DNA from: Phaeosaccion multiseriatum
Taxonomy: Eukaryota > Protista > Ochrophyta, other classes
Assembly: GCA_965112735.1 (NCBI GenBank)
Contig: OZ218962.1
Coordinates: 1,736,001-1,800,000, forward strand
Length of the DNA stretch: 64,000 nucleotides
Direction: 5' to 3'
The notes beneath the pieces are model-generated. The model made no database searches and was not told where the DNA came from. It was given only the letters and a program-made list of their open reading frames with translations. The translations under genes and the position numbers were made by a program. Each line of letters begins with the position of its first letter. Position 1 is the stretch's first letter. Positions 40,415 through 54,666 of this stretch are shown piece by piece.

Positions 40415-42067
40415 ATCTACTTCGTGAGCGAGACGAGCGATTGAGGTGGTGTGTGTACTGCTGCTGCTGCTAGTGCTGCTTGTGCATTCACTCTCCTTTC
40501 CTCATCTCCTTCCCCCTCCTCCCTTCCCCTCTCCTCTCTGCTACCAACAGGTTGGCCCTCACCATGACATCATTTACATGATCACCAAGCAGGGACACCT
40601 CTTCCTCTTCGACATCCACTCCGGAAAGGCGCTCTACCGCGCGAAGGTGTCCAATGAGACAATCTTCGTCACCACCACGCAGTCCAGGTTAGTGAAGACG
40701 CTGAGAGAGACCCACCCACCACTCACTCATTCACTCATTCACTCACTCACTCATTCACTCATTCACTCACTCATTCACTCATTCACTCATTCACTCACTC
40801 ACTCACTCACTCATTCACTCACTCACTCACTCACTCACTCACTCACTCACTCACCCACTCACTCACTCATTCACCCACTCACTCATTCACTCACTCATTC
40901 ACTCACTCACTCACTCACTCACTCACCTGCCCATATGGCTGCCCATCTACCTCTCTGTCCATCCTTAGCACTGGAGGAGTGATCGGCATCACTGCCCGCA
41001 CAGGAAGTGTGCTGCAGATCGCGGTGAATGAGGCCACCCTCATCCCCTACATCGTCAACACCCTCAAGGACAACATGGTACGGGAGGGGGAGGGGAAGGG
41101 AGGGACGGACGGAGGGAGAGAGAGAGGGAGGGAGGGAGGGAGGGGAGGGAAGAACGGGACGAAGGGAGGGGGGGGGGGGGGGACAAAGTCACGCCGGTCA
41201 CGCCGAATAGTCCATTGTGTTGTTTTGCTTGATGGGTATGTTCTGATGCACTCTGCTCTGTTCCATATGCCTCTGCTCTGTCCTCACGTCTTGCTCCTTG
41301 CTCCCTCCCCCTCTCCGATGTTCACAGCTGGCGATTCAGCTGGCAGGGAGGCTCAACCTTCCCGGCGCGGACGACATCTGTGTGGCCGAGTTCAACCGCC
41401 TGCTCAGCATGAACGACATCTCAGGAGCAGCAAGGTAGGTAGCAGTACGTCAATGGGTGGGTGGTGTAGATACAAGGGATGATGATTGCTCACTGCTCAT
41501 GGCTCTCCGATACTGTGTGTGTGCGTGCGTGCGTGAGCCGCATCTCTGCTTGCTTCGAGGCATGCTTCCTTCGAGGCTTTAGGCGTATGACTGGGAAAGC
41601 GAACGAAGCAGCGGCCGACCTTTTCGTGTTCACTTCACTAAGCCCACCACCCCACCCCACCCCACTGCACCCACCACACCCCGCCCCGCCGACACGACAC
41701 CACTCCACACCACTCCCCCCCCCCCTCCACTGCGCATCTGCTGCCATCACCTTTCCCGTCTTACACCTGACAGGCTCGCTGGGGACAGCCCACAGGGCCT
41801 GCTGCGCACCCCTGCCACCATCGCGCGCTTCCAGCAGGTGAGCGGAGTGAGGCATAAGGCATGTCGATGTGACCCCCCCCGCTCGATACTGAGTATCCAT
41901 GGACTGACTCTCTCGAACCCTCTGTGACGCTCTCTGACCCTCCCTCTGCCTACCCCGCTACTGCGCCCGCTGCGTACCACCAACTACTGCATCACAGATG
42001 CCCGCTCCGGAGGGGCAGCAGCAACCCGTCCTGCAGTACCTCTCCGTCCTGCTCGAGAAGGGCAAGG

Positions 42068-42108
<41 letters not shown>

Positions 42109-45100
42109 TGTCTGATGCCAAGTGTGATAACACGGGCTGTATTACCACCTGTCATGTTGGGATCCATTCAGGGCGGGCGCTGGCCCCCTTTCTACTTTCT
42201 CATATCCCTGATCTCTGCTCTCTCTCTCTCTCTCTCCACCCGTGTGTGTGTGTGCATGCTCGTCTCCCTCTCCCTCTCCCTATCCCCCCCCCTCAAACAG
42301 CTCAACGCCCAGGAGAGCATGGAGCTTGCTCGCCTTGTGTTGCAGCAAGGCCGCACCGACTTGCTGGAGAAGTGGGTCACACAGGACAAACTCCACTATA
42401 CAGAAGAGCTCGGAGACCTCGTCGCGCAGGTACAGTCAAAAGCTTGGAGGGTGGGGCGATGGCAGTGGATGGGGCATTCTTTACAGTCAGGGGTTATACT
42501 CATTGGTCTAACCTATTGGTGCGTTATACATTGTGCTTCCTCTGCCTGCTCTGCCATCCCCTGCCATCCCCTGCCCCCATCAACTGCCACCCCCCCCCCC
42601 CCCCAGGTGGACACGAACATGGCCCTTGCCGTGTACCTCAGGGCCAACGTGCCGGAGAAGGTGGTCAATTGCTTCGCGCAGAGGGGCGAGTTTGAGAAGA
42701 TGGCAGCCTACTGCGCTCAGGTAAGCTTGTGAAGCGAACGAACGAACATCGATACCAACCTCTCTCTCTCTCTTACCTCCCTCCATCTCTCTCTCTCCCT
42801 CCCTCCCTCCAATCTCTCTCTCTCCTTCCCCCCATCTGTCTCTCTCCCTCCCTCTGTCGTTTTCTCTCTCTCTTTTTCTTTCCTATCTTTCATACCTGTT
42901 TTTGCTTTCCCTCCCTCCGTCCCTCCGTCCCTTCCTCCCCATCTCTCTTCCTGCTTGTGTCTCGTGTGTGTGTGTGTGCTGTATCACCAACAGGTGGGCT
43001 ACCGCGCGGACTACTCCTCGCAGCTTCGCAACATGGTGGCCGTCAACCCCTCGGTACGATGAAGCAACCAAGCAAGCAGGGGGGTAGCAGAAGGATGGCA
43101 GTAGACGGTGATGGGGGCATCGGTACGCAGCAGGAAGGAGGAAGACGGGGGTGGTGCCAACGTCGTCTCCTGTCCTCCCTGGGCTGCTGTGAAGCTCCAT
43201 GTCGTTACTCTGTACTTGTCTTTGAACTTGACATTCTTGCCCTTGTCTGACTCTTCTCTCCCCATCTCCCCCTCCCCCTCCCCCTCCTCTTGTATCCGTA
43301 TCCGTCCATCCCTCCCTCTTGTAACAACACAAGGGTGCATGTGAGTTTGCCAAGAAGCTCGTGTCGGCCGATCAGCCTCTCATCGACCCCAACACCGTCG
43401 TGGAGATCTTCATGGGCATGAACCTCGTCGTGGAAACCACCTCCTTCCTCTGCGTAGCCCTCAAGGGCAACAAGAAAGAGGAGGGATACTTGCAGACCCG
43501 CCTGCTGGAGATCAACCTCCTCGGCGGCTCCCCTCAGACTGCCGATGCCCTCCTTGCCAGCGGTGATCTCACGCACTACGACAGACCACGCATCGCCAAG
43601 CTGTGCGAGGACGCAGGGCTCTTCCAGGTGCGTGTGCAATATCACCAACGGGTGTGGTGTATCAACCACAGGCATAGCTCTAAGGCTTGGGGCAGGAGGG
43701 AGGGGAGGGCTCAGCGAGGGGAGAGAGTTCCTTTCCCCCCCCCCCCTCCTCTCTCCCGCTCTCTCTATTTCTTTCTCTCTGTGGGCCTGTTGCGGCTTGA
43801 TCGGCGAGCAGTGATAATGGTCAGTCAGGTACGAGGTGGTGCAGCACTCAAGTCAAGCGCCCCTTCCCCCTCCTCAATCAACTCTCACAGCGCGCTCTGG
43901 AGCACTACACAGAGGCGCCCGACATCAAGCGGCTCATGCTCAACTACGCCCCCGCCATGGCCCCTGAGTTCGTCGTGGCCTACTTCGGCAACGTTCGCAA
44001 GGAAGTGGCACTCGACGTGCTCAAGGTTAGGACGGACGGAGGGAGGGATGGGGAGAGGGAGGGAGGGAGGGAAGGAAGGGAGGGAGGGAGGAGGAAGGGA
44101 GGGGAGGGGAGGGAGGGATGGAGGGAAGGAAGGAAGGAGGGAGGGAGGGAGGGAGGGAGGGGCAAGCATACGGGGAATTGTTTGTGGCAGGGGCAGCGGT
44201 GTTGTATTGGGATGCGGCAGTAGATTGATTTGATTGATTACATGTACATGGGTCCTGATCGATGGCATGGCATGGCATGGCATGGCGGGGAGAGGTGAGG
44301 GCGCTGCACATCCAGTGGACTGGACTGGACCAGCCCTCTGGATTGACTGATTGACTGACTGGCTCGGTCCACTGGTCGGTCAGGCGTGGCTCGTGTGTGT
44401 GTCCCTCCCCTCCCTCCCTCCCTCCCTCCCTCCCTCCCTCCCTCCCTCCCTCCTCTTACTGATTGCTGCTGCCGAGCTGCTGCCGAGGTACTAACGAATG
44501 TCCTGTTTGTCCTGTTTGTCGTACGCCTCCCTCCCTCTGTTGTGCCTCTCTGTGTTGACAGGAGATGCTGGGCAAGAATCCCCGCCAGAACCTGCAGATC
44601 ATCGTGCAGATCGCCACCAAGTACAGCGACCAGGTCAGTGCCCAGTGGCCAGTGGATCAGTGGCCAGTAGTCAGTGGGAAGTGGTCAGTGCCCACTGCTG
44701 AGTGGGTGGGTGGGTGGGTGGGTGTGGGCGTACGGGGGCGGTGGGCCGTTTCTCCCTGTCCCTCTCTCTATCCGCTCTCTTCCTCTCTCCCTCCCTCCCT
44801 CCCTCCCTCCTCTCTCTCTCTCCCACCCTCCCTTCTCTCTCCCTTTGTGTCCGACCCAGAGCGTGATTGCATGTTTACACCCTCCTCCCCGTCCACTGCC
44901 ACCCTCTCTGCCTCTCTGCCCCCCTGCCCCTCTGCCCCCCTGCAGATCGGAGCTGAGAGTCTCATCGCCATGTTCGACTCTTTCAAGAGCTGCGAAGGTG
45001 AGGCGTGATAGATAACAGTCGCTCACAGATGTGCAGTGCGGCCGTTGGTGATACAGCCCCAACTGCATTCAGTTGATGGCCCAACGGCGATGATGCCCGC

Positions 45101-48100
45101 CACGAGCTGTACTGGAGTATGTCTCTTCCTCCCTTCGCCTCTCCCCGATCTCTCCTCTAGCGCCCGAGCCCCTTATCCTCCCTCCGCCTTCCCCCTCTCC
45201 CCCCCCCAGGTCTGTTCTACTACCTCGGCGCCATCGTCAACACCAATCAAGAGCCCATCGTGCACTTCAAGTACATCGAGGTAACTGCGTGTGTGTGCGT
45301 GTGTGTGCGCGTGTGTACGTGTGTGTGCACGTGTGTGTGTGTGCGTGCGTGTTGACATGTGCGTATGTGTGTTCGTTCGCTATGCTCTGAGAAGGAGCAA
45401 CTTTCTCAACACCCTTCCACTGCCATCTCCCATCCTACGATATCCCATCCCCGCCCTCGGCGTTGGTCATGTGTACTGATGAGTGTCAACGGTCCATCCC
45501 CTCCTGCCTGGCCCTTCCTGCTTCTCCTGCTCCTCTCTCTCCGACTCCCTATCCCTCTCAGGCGGCCACCAAGATGTCTCAGTTCAAGGAGGTGGAGCGC
45601 GTGTGCAGGGACAGCACGGTGTACGAGCCCGAGTCCGTCAAGAAGTTCCTCATGGGAGCCAAGGTTAGCCACTACTCACTCATGCACGCACTCATCACTC
45701 ACTCTCTCACTCACCCTGACTCACTGACTCACTCACTCACTCACTCACTCACTCACTCACTCTGACTCACTCACTCACGCACTCTCTCACGTACTCTCTC
45801 ACGCACTCTCTCACTCCCTTCCTCACTCACTCAGTCTCTCACTCACTCACTCACGCACTCATGCATGCACTCATCACTCACTGTCTCACTCACTCACTCA
45901 TGCACGCACTCATCACTCACTCTCTCACTCTCTCACTCTCTCACTCACTCACTCACTCAACTCATCTCACTCTCTGACTCACGCACACACACGCACGCAC
46001 TCATGCACTCCCCCCCTCCCTCCCTCCCTCCCTCCCTCTGGTCAGTGGTCAGTCTACAGTCTCTGGTCACCCACTCACTCACTCATAAGTCATAACATTT
46101 CTCTTACCTCATCTCACGTCCCCTCATCTCCTCTCATCTCCTCTCCTCTCCTCTCCTCATCTCCTCTCCTCTCCTCTCCTCTCTGTCTGTATGTGTGTGT
46201 ATCACAGCTGCCGGACCCGCGGCCTTTGATCCACGTGTGCGACCGCTACGACTTCACCGAGGAGCTGACGCAGTACCTCTACTCCAACAACATGCACAAG
46301 TACATTGAGGTACGTTACCTACACTTCAGAGAGTGTTATTCAGTTGGTTGGTTAACTCATTGAGAAGGAAGGGTAGAGTACTTCGTTAGTTGGCTGGTTG
46401 GTTAACACGCATAGAGGGGAAAAGTAATCCCTCCTCTGTGTGACCAACTGCTGTGTCACTGTCATCGCTGTATGACCAACAGGTGTACGTGCAGAAGGTG
46501 TCTCCCCAGAAGACCCCTGCTGTGGTGGGCAAGCTCCTCGACCTCGACTGCGACGAGGACTTCATCAGGGGCATCCTCAACAGCACCGGGCACACCTGCC
46601 CCGTAGACGAGCTGGTGGAGCAGGTGAGAGGGGATCCAGGGGGGTGTCGAGTGAATGCCTGAATGTCTGAACGTCAAGAGAGAGAGAGAGAGACAACGAG
46701 ACGAAAGAGACGAAAGACATGACATTCACACTCACACACACCCTGCTCTTCCCTCTTGCCCATACGCCTCTGCCCCTAGGTGGAGCGACGTAACCGTCTG
46801 CGGCTGCTGCAGGGGTGGCTGGAGAACCGAGTGGCCACGGGCAACACGGAGCAGCCCACGCACAACGCCATCGGCAAGATATACATCACCCTCAACAAGG
46901 TCAGTCACAGATGGCGAGGGCAGATGGCAGTGGATGGGCATGGGCATTTATAACAGTGCAGTGCAGCACAAGTGAAGGTGTCTCACCCGCAGCTCTCTGT
47001 GTGTGTGTCTGTGTGTAGGACCTCTTGCTCCCTTTCCTTCCCACCCTTGTGAAGCAACGACACCGCCCCAATCCTACATCACCGACACCAACCCCCCTTT
47101 CCCCGTTAACCCTTCCCCGTTAACCCTTCCCAGGACCCCCGCGCCTTCCTGGAGAACAACCAGTTCTACGACCCCAAGGTGCTCGGTAAGTCAACAACAG
47201 CAAGAACCAGGGGGAAGGCAGCGGACGACCTGCCTGCCTGCCTGTACCTATCTAGCTGTCAACCAGAAGGAGGGAAGGAAGGAAGGAAGGAAGGAGGCAA
47301 GAATGATGTACCTTCGCTGACCAGGTCCCCTCCACTGCCATCCCTCCCCCCCCCCCTTCCCCTCCCGTCCCCTCCCCTCCCATCCACTGCCATCCCCCTA
47401 TAGGCAAGTACTGCGAGAAGCTGGACCCCTCCCTGTCCTTCCTTGCCTACAAGCGCGCCAACGGGGAGTGTGACGAGGACCTCATTAGGGTCACCTCGGA
47501 GAACGGGCTCTTCAAGGACCAGGCCAGGTGAGAGTGTGCTACAGCAGTTGGTGATACAGTGGATGCAGTGATGCAGTGCAGGGCAGCTGGTAACAGCAGC
47601 AGCGGCAGAGGAGGAAGGCATGGCGTTGCCTTCCTGTTTTGTGTTTGTGCCCTGATGTGTGGTGATGGATGCCCCCTGATTGATGTGCCTGCCCTTGCTG
47701 TGTATCACCAACTGCCCTGCCCTGTGTTAACAGGTACCTTGTAGAGAAGCAGGACGAGGCTCTGTGGGCCCTTGTTCTCAGCAAGGCCGAGGGGGAGACA
47801 TCGGAGCCGGCCTCCAGACGCGCACTCATCGACCAGGTGCGGTGCGGTGCGGTGCGGTGCGGTGCGGTATGCATTCATTGACTTACTGACTTCCCATCGC
47901 CTGGTGCATAAGACGGTTTCATGTGCCCTGTAAGGTGTTAGATGGGCTCTGCTCTCTTCCCCCCCCCCCCCCACCCCCCTCTCTCTTTCTTTCTCTCCCT
48001 CTCTCTCTCCCTCTCACCCTCTCTCTCTCTAACCTCTTATCCTGTGCCCCTACGCCCACCCCCACCCCCCCTTGCTACTGCCCCCCTCTACAGGTGGTAG

Positions 48101-50027
48101 AGACTGCCCTACCCGAAACGGACAACGACAAGGAGGTGTCCACCACAGTCAAGGCCTTCATGGCTGCGGACCTACCACAGGTACTTGCTTACAGCTGGCT
48201 CTGTCTGTGTACCGCCAACTGCTCTGTCTATGTGGATCAGCTTGTCTCAGGCTCTTGCTGTGCGCCGACTGACGCCTGCCCACTCTTTCCCTCCCCCCTC
48301 CACAAACAGGAGCTGATTGAGCTGCTGGAGCGCCTGGTGCTCCAGGGAAGCAAGTTCTCCGAGAACAAGAACCTACAGAACTTGCTCATCATCACAGGAG
48401 CCAAGGTGGATAGGGAGAGGGTCATGGAGTACATCAACAGACTCGACAACTTTGACGGACCGGACATCGGAAAGTACCTCTCCAGCGACCAGGTGAGTAT
48501 TCACAGATGGCAGTGGGTGGGTGTGGGTGGTTGTGCAGAGCTGAGAAGAGGAGAGGAAAGGAGAGAAACCTACGCACTCTCCGTTTCACCCCCCCCCTCC
48601 CTTTTCTACCGTCCCTGTAACTGCCATGCCGTGCCATCTGTGACAGGCCATGCTGTACGAGGAGGCGTTTGTGGTATACACCAAGTGTGGCAAGAAGGCG
48701 TCTTCCCCCGAGGAGGCCTCCCAGGTGGGTGGATGCATGCTCTGTCTATCTACAGTGTAGATGATTCGATGTCTACATTTGATATCGACCCCTCGGTATA
48801 TGCTCTCGTATCGACCTCACCTGACCCCTCTACTCTGTATGTCGACCCCCCTTTCCCTCTATTATATCGACCCGTCTACCACAAAATCGACCTCCTCTAC
48901 CCCCCTCTTTTATCTAAATGTCGACTCTCTCTTTACATACGATATGATTCCCATGGTGCTCCTTCCCCAGATGCACGTGCTGGCCGTAGAAGTCCTCGTC
49001 GACAACCTTCAGGCCATCGACCGAGCCGCTGAGTTCGCAGAGAGGGTGCAGGACAAGCAGGTGTTCAGCAAGCTCGGTAAGGCACAGCTTAGCCAGGACG
49101 ATGTGCGCAACGCCATCAGCAGCTACATCAAGGCCGGGGACCCCGCCTACTACACCGAAGTCATTGAAGCGGCCGAGAGGGAGGGGGCCTACGAGGAGCT
49201 CGTCGGCTTCCTGCGCATGGCCAGGTGAGTGAGGGGGGAGGGGGTGGGGGGATGGCAGTGGATTGGCCGGAGGGAGCCGGCTTTGCTCTCTCTCTCTCTC
49301 TCTCTCTTTCTCCCTCTCCTTTGTGTGATGGGCAGACACTCTACGGGCCGACTTGTGACTCATTGAAGAAACTCTGTGTGGCTTTGCCCTGAGTAACTGA
49401 AACTCTTGTGCCTTTTGCCATCTGTGACTCCCCTATCGATGACCAACAGGTCGGAGGTGAAGGAGGCCATCATCGAGAACGAGCTCATCTACTCTTTGGC
49501 CAAGACCAACGCCCTCTCCGACCTCGAGGAGTTCATCGCAGCCCCCAATGTCGCCAACATTGAGGTAAGTCAATGAAGGAGGGCAGAGGGGCGAGGGGTG
49601 AGGGGAGTGAGGCAGCAGCACCATCATCATCGAGCTGTTGTCTGTGTTTCAGCTCCCTACTGCCCTCACATTTCTGTCTCTGTCTCTGTTGCCTCTCTCT
49701 CACTTTCACTCTCCTCTCTACCCTCTCCGCCCACTGCCATCATCCCCTGCCACAGACCATCGGCGAGCGCTGCTTCGACGAGGGAATGTACGAGGCGGCC
49801 AAGATCCTCTACCAGAATATCAACAACAACGCAAAGGTACGTACTTAAAAAGCCAATGGGTAGGGCAGGATGGGGAAGGGTGGGGAGAGAGAGACGGGCC
49901 AGACAAACCTTTGTCTTGCCATGTAGTGCCATCCCTTTGTCTTGCCATGTAGTGCCATCTGTGCTGCGATGGGGCTGAGGCGCCTTCCCCTTTGCGCTTT
50001 GCAATGACTGACGACTCTCTCCTTGTG

Positions 50028-50079
<52 letters not shown>

Positions 50080-53000
50080 TCTCTCTCGTGCTGCAGCTGG
50101 CGCTGTGCTTCGTGCACCTGGGTCTGTTCAGAGAGGCCGTGGAGGCCGCCAAGAAGGCCAACGCCGTCAACACGTGGAAGCAGGTACGGTGCACGTCGTA
50201 AGTCAATGAATAGGATTGCACGCACATGAACTACAAAACAAACGCATGCGTGCGCTGCTCTGCGCACTCATCGCTCTGTGCCCTGCTCACTCACTCACTC
50301 ACTCACTCACTCACACCCTCACACACTCACACTCACACTCTCACACTCACACTCACTCACTCACTCACTCCCACCCTCACACACTCGCACTCACACTCTC
50401 ACGCTTACACTCACACACTCACTCCCTGCTCTGTGCCGCTCTCTCTCTGCCCCACATGACACATGACTGACTGCTCATGACACTGCACTGCTCTCCTCAG
50501 GTGTGCTTCGCCTGTGTGGATGCAGAAGAGTTCCGCCTGGCGGACATTTGCGGCCTCAAGATCCTCGGGCATCCCGATCACCTGGAAGAGCTCATCGGGT
50601 AAGTAAGGGATGGCAGGGGATGGCGGGGGATGGCAGGGGATGGCAGAGGATGGCAGTGGATATGGGTCGAAGCGCGGGGAGCGAGAGAGGAGAAGGGTTG
50701 TTCTGTCTGTTGGGGTGGTCAGTACTCACACAGCCTCTCCCCCCCCCCCCCCCGCTTTCCAGCTACTACGAGTCCGCCGGACACCCCACGGAGCTGATTC
50801 AGCTCATGGAGCAGGGGCTTCAGCTTGAGGAGGCCCACAGGTGTGTATCGTATGTATCCGTCAGCAGGGCCCGTACGCCTCTGTGCTGCCCTCGTGTCTG
50901 TCTGTCTGCCTGCCTGCCTGCCCGCCTGCCTGCAAGCTTCCCCAAGGACTTAAGACTCAAGGGTAGTCTCTCTCTCTCTATCCCCTGCCCCCCCTACTCT
51001 CTACTCTCTACTCTGTATGTGCACCGCCCTGTTGTCATGCTCATGCTGAGTGCCGAATCTCTTCTTGCCCCGCCCTTTCCTCTCCTCCCCTGCCCCCCTC
51101 TCTGTCGTGTGTATCACCAACACAGTGGCGTGTTCACAGAGCTGTCTGTGCTTTACTCCAAGTACAAGCCCGAGAAACTCATGTCGCACATCAAGGATTT
51201 CCACGAGAGAATGAATGTCAACAAGGTCAGTCCGTTAGCGTCAGTCAGTTAGAGGGCATAGGAGAGGGGAGGAGTGTGTGGTTGGCGCTCGTCTCCCTTC
51301 CACACTCTTAACCCTACACAAACCTTCGTGTTGGTTGCTGCCTCCCTCTCTCAATGTAACCTCACACACACGCACCCCCTGCCTGCCCTCTTTCCCACTC
51401 CCTCTGCCGCTCTCCCTCTCCTTCTCCCTCCCCACCCCCCCCATCCACTGCCATCCCCACACCACACCCCCACCCACAGGTGCTCCGTGCTTGCGAGCGT
51501 GCCCTCCTGTGGGACGAGGCCGTGTTCCTGTACAAGTCGGACGGACAGGCCGACAACGCGGTGCGCACCATGATCGACCACTGCGGGGCCTTCCAGCACG
51601 AGCTCTTCCAGGAGTGTGTGGTCAAGTGTAGGAACCAGGAGGTGAGTGTGTTGGTGATACGGGGGGGAGGGGGAGGGAGGAAGGGGGTCAGTGCACAGGG
51701 AGGGCACACGGAGGAAGTGCAGAGTGCAGAGTGCTTTTGGACCAACCCATCAACGCCCATGCCCACACGCCCATGCCCATGACCGCTTACGACCTTACCC
51801 ACACCCCCCCTCGCCCCCCCTCCCTCCCTTCCTGCCTCGAACAGGTCATGTACATGGCCATCACGTTCTACTTGCAGCAACAGCCCCTCAAGCTGGTGCG
51901 GCTCCTAGAGGTGCTCACCCCCTTCATCGACCACTCCCGAGTGGTGCACCAGCTGAGGCGGGCGGAGGGATTGCCTCTGGCCATGGGCTATCTCAAGAGC
52001 GTGCAGAAGGAAAATGTGTCGGCAGTCAACGAGGCTGTGAATGAGATTCTCATCGACGAGGAGGATCATGAGAAGCTCAAGTGAGTATTGTTGTCGGTAG
52101 TGAGGACTGTGTAGTGGGGCGGAACGGAAGGGGAAAGGGAATATGTGACAGTGACAGTGACACTGGGACAGGTGGATGTCGTTCTCCCCTTCTGTGTTCT
52201 CCCTGCTCTTCGATTGTTGGTCGACTCGCTCGCGGATGGACCGCCGTTATGTCATCCATCGCCCTCGTCGCTTCATTGATTGGTCATTTCCCCATTCTCT
52301 CTTTTCTCCTTCTCCCTCTCCCTCCCTTCCCCCCTCCCCGTGCCCTCCCACCCCCACCCCCTTCCTCTCCCTCTCCCTCTTCCACCCCCTCTCACCCTCC
52401 CCCTCAACCCCTTCTTCCCTCCTCCTCTGACAACACCACCACCACCACCACCACCACCATCACCACCACCACCACGGAACAACAACAACAGGGAGTCTGT
52501 GGAGGCGTTCGACAACTTCGATCAGATCTCTCTGGCGGTCAAGACGGAGAAGCACGAGCTTCTGGAGTTCCGCCGCATCTCCGCCCTCCTGTACAAGAAG
52601 AACAAGCGCTACGTGCAGAGCGTTGCCCTCTCCAAGGGGGACAAGATGTACAAGGTCAGTGTAAGGCAGTGAAAGGAGTGAGTCAAAATGAGGGGCAAAG
52701 AAAAACACGAGTACGTCAGTGATGAGAGGGCGTTCCATTTCAATGTATAACGTTGTGCATTACATCGGTGTGCCGGGTCAGTGTCTTGTCAGGCCAGGCC
52801 CTCTCTTCTCTCTCTTGTCTTGTCTTGTCCTGTTATTCACCCATCACCCCGTGTGCTCACCAAGCTGCCCTCTCCCCTCCCCCCCCCATCCTGCAGGACG
52901 CCATCGACACAGCCGCGGAGAGTGGAGACACGGACATCGCCGAGGACTTGCTAAAGTTCTTCGTAAGAAGGTCTGTTGCAGTTGTAAGGTTTTTAACTAG

Positions 53001-53780
53001 ACACCGTCCACTGCTATCCTTTACCATCCTCTGCCATCCGAACCCACCTTCCCTCCCACGCACCCTGTTGACGTCATCCCCCCCCCCCTGTATGCCGTGC
53101 CGCCTCCCCTCCCCTCCCTTCACCTCAGCTGTGACAAGGAGTGCTTCTGCGCAACTCTCTTCACCTGTTACAAGCTTGTGCGGCCCGACGTGGCCATGGA
53201 GCTGGCTTGGAGGCACGGCTACGTGGACTTCGTCATGCCCTTCATGATTCAGTACATGCGGAACTTGCACGTCAAGGTCGCCGACATCGACGCACGCACG
53301 CAGGTACGTCATCAAGCACTGGGGTAGTCATTGGTCATTGGTCATTGGGAAGTGGGGTGGCCATGGCTGTATACTCTTTTGCTTCCCCTGAGCACCAACC
53401 AGTCTGACGTTCCCCCCCTCTCCACCCCTACCTACCCTTCCCACTGCCTCTCGGCGTGTATGCGTATGCCCACATCACAGCCCAAGAAGGACAAGGCCGA
53501 GCACGAGAGCACCACCACCTACACCGACCCTTCCCCCATGCTTGCAAATGGCATGCTGCAGATCGCCAACGTGCCCTTCAATCAGAGGGGAGGAGCCGAC
53601 CCCTCAATGGGCGGCATGGGCAGTCATATGGGCGGCGGCATGGGCATGGGGATGGCAACCAACGTGGACCCTGCCATGGGTATCTCCCAAATGGGACCAG
53701 GAGGGGGAGGCATGCAGCAGCAGCAGATGGGAATGGGGGGAGGCATGGGAGGAGGCATGGGCGGCATGGGAGGCTACTGA
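36791..53780 (+). CDS. CLTC: Clathrin heavy chain, ~44 exons over 17 kb
   Basis: [140 protein letters not shown]; GM-rich C-terminus. Confidence 0.97.
39733..39965. repeat. 57-bp minisatellite, about 4 copies, in a CLTC intron
   Basis: Unit GGTCAGTGTCAAGTTTCAGTGTCAAGTCTTCAGTATAAGGAGAG(T/G)GTAGACCGCACC. Confidence 0.92.
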
Positions 53781-54666
53781 GGAGGGGATGAACGCAGAGA
53801 AGGGAAGGGAAGGGAGGGACGGAGGGAGGGACGGAGGGAGGGCTTACACAGCGCAACAGCACCTGTATCACCAACAGGCGGGACTGTGCTTGTTGTCCTT
53901 GCCCTTGCCCCAGATGGGAGAGGGAGGGGAGCATATTTCTGAACAGCACTTGATGCCATCTAATGCCATCCGAGGAGGTCGCCGAGGGAGGCAGGCGGGG
54001 GGAGACGATGGAGTGCAAGACTTGCCACGAGGGACTGAAGGAGAGGAGAGGGGGAGGGGGGGGGGGCGTGAGGACGAGCACGGACACGCTTCGGGGGCTG
54101 GGCAGCTGTGGAGAGGGGGCTGAGGAGCTGCAAGTGAAGGCAGCGAAAGCCGTATTGCAACTGAAACTGAAATTTAGCACCACGTGGCTGAGGAGAGGAG
54201 GGGGGGGGAGGGAGGGGGAGGGGGGGGGGGGGTGAACGCCAGGGGAGGGGGCGTAAGTAAGGGAGGGGTGGGGTCATATATCTATCTATGTAAGAGCAAA
54301 AGGTGGAGGGAGGAGTCGGGGTGGTGGGGTGTATGGATGGGTGTGGAGAAGGAGGGCAGCCCTTAGAGACTCAGCCCCTCTTTTTAGACCCACAGGCCCT
54401 GTTGTTGCACCATCGCGTCACAGCTCTTTATATTTGTCGTGTGGGGGGGGGGGGGGGGAGGAAGGACGGAAGGGAGGGAGGGAGGGAGGGAGGGAGCTTT
54501 ATCTCTGAGTTGTTTTTGATAGACGGGACGGAGGAAAGAAATACCAATACACGCAAAATCTCTTTGCCTTTTATCCATTCATACTAAACAAATCAACCAA
54601 CCAACCAACCGAGGACCCCCCCGAGTGATTCCATCAGTCTTTGCTCACTCAGCGCTCTCTTTTTAT

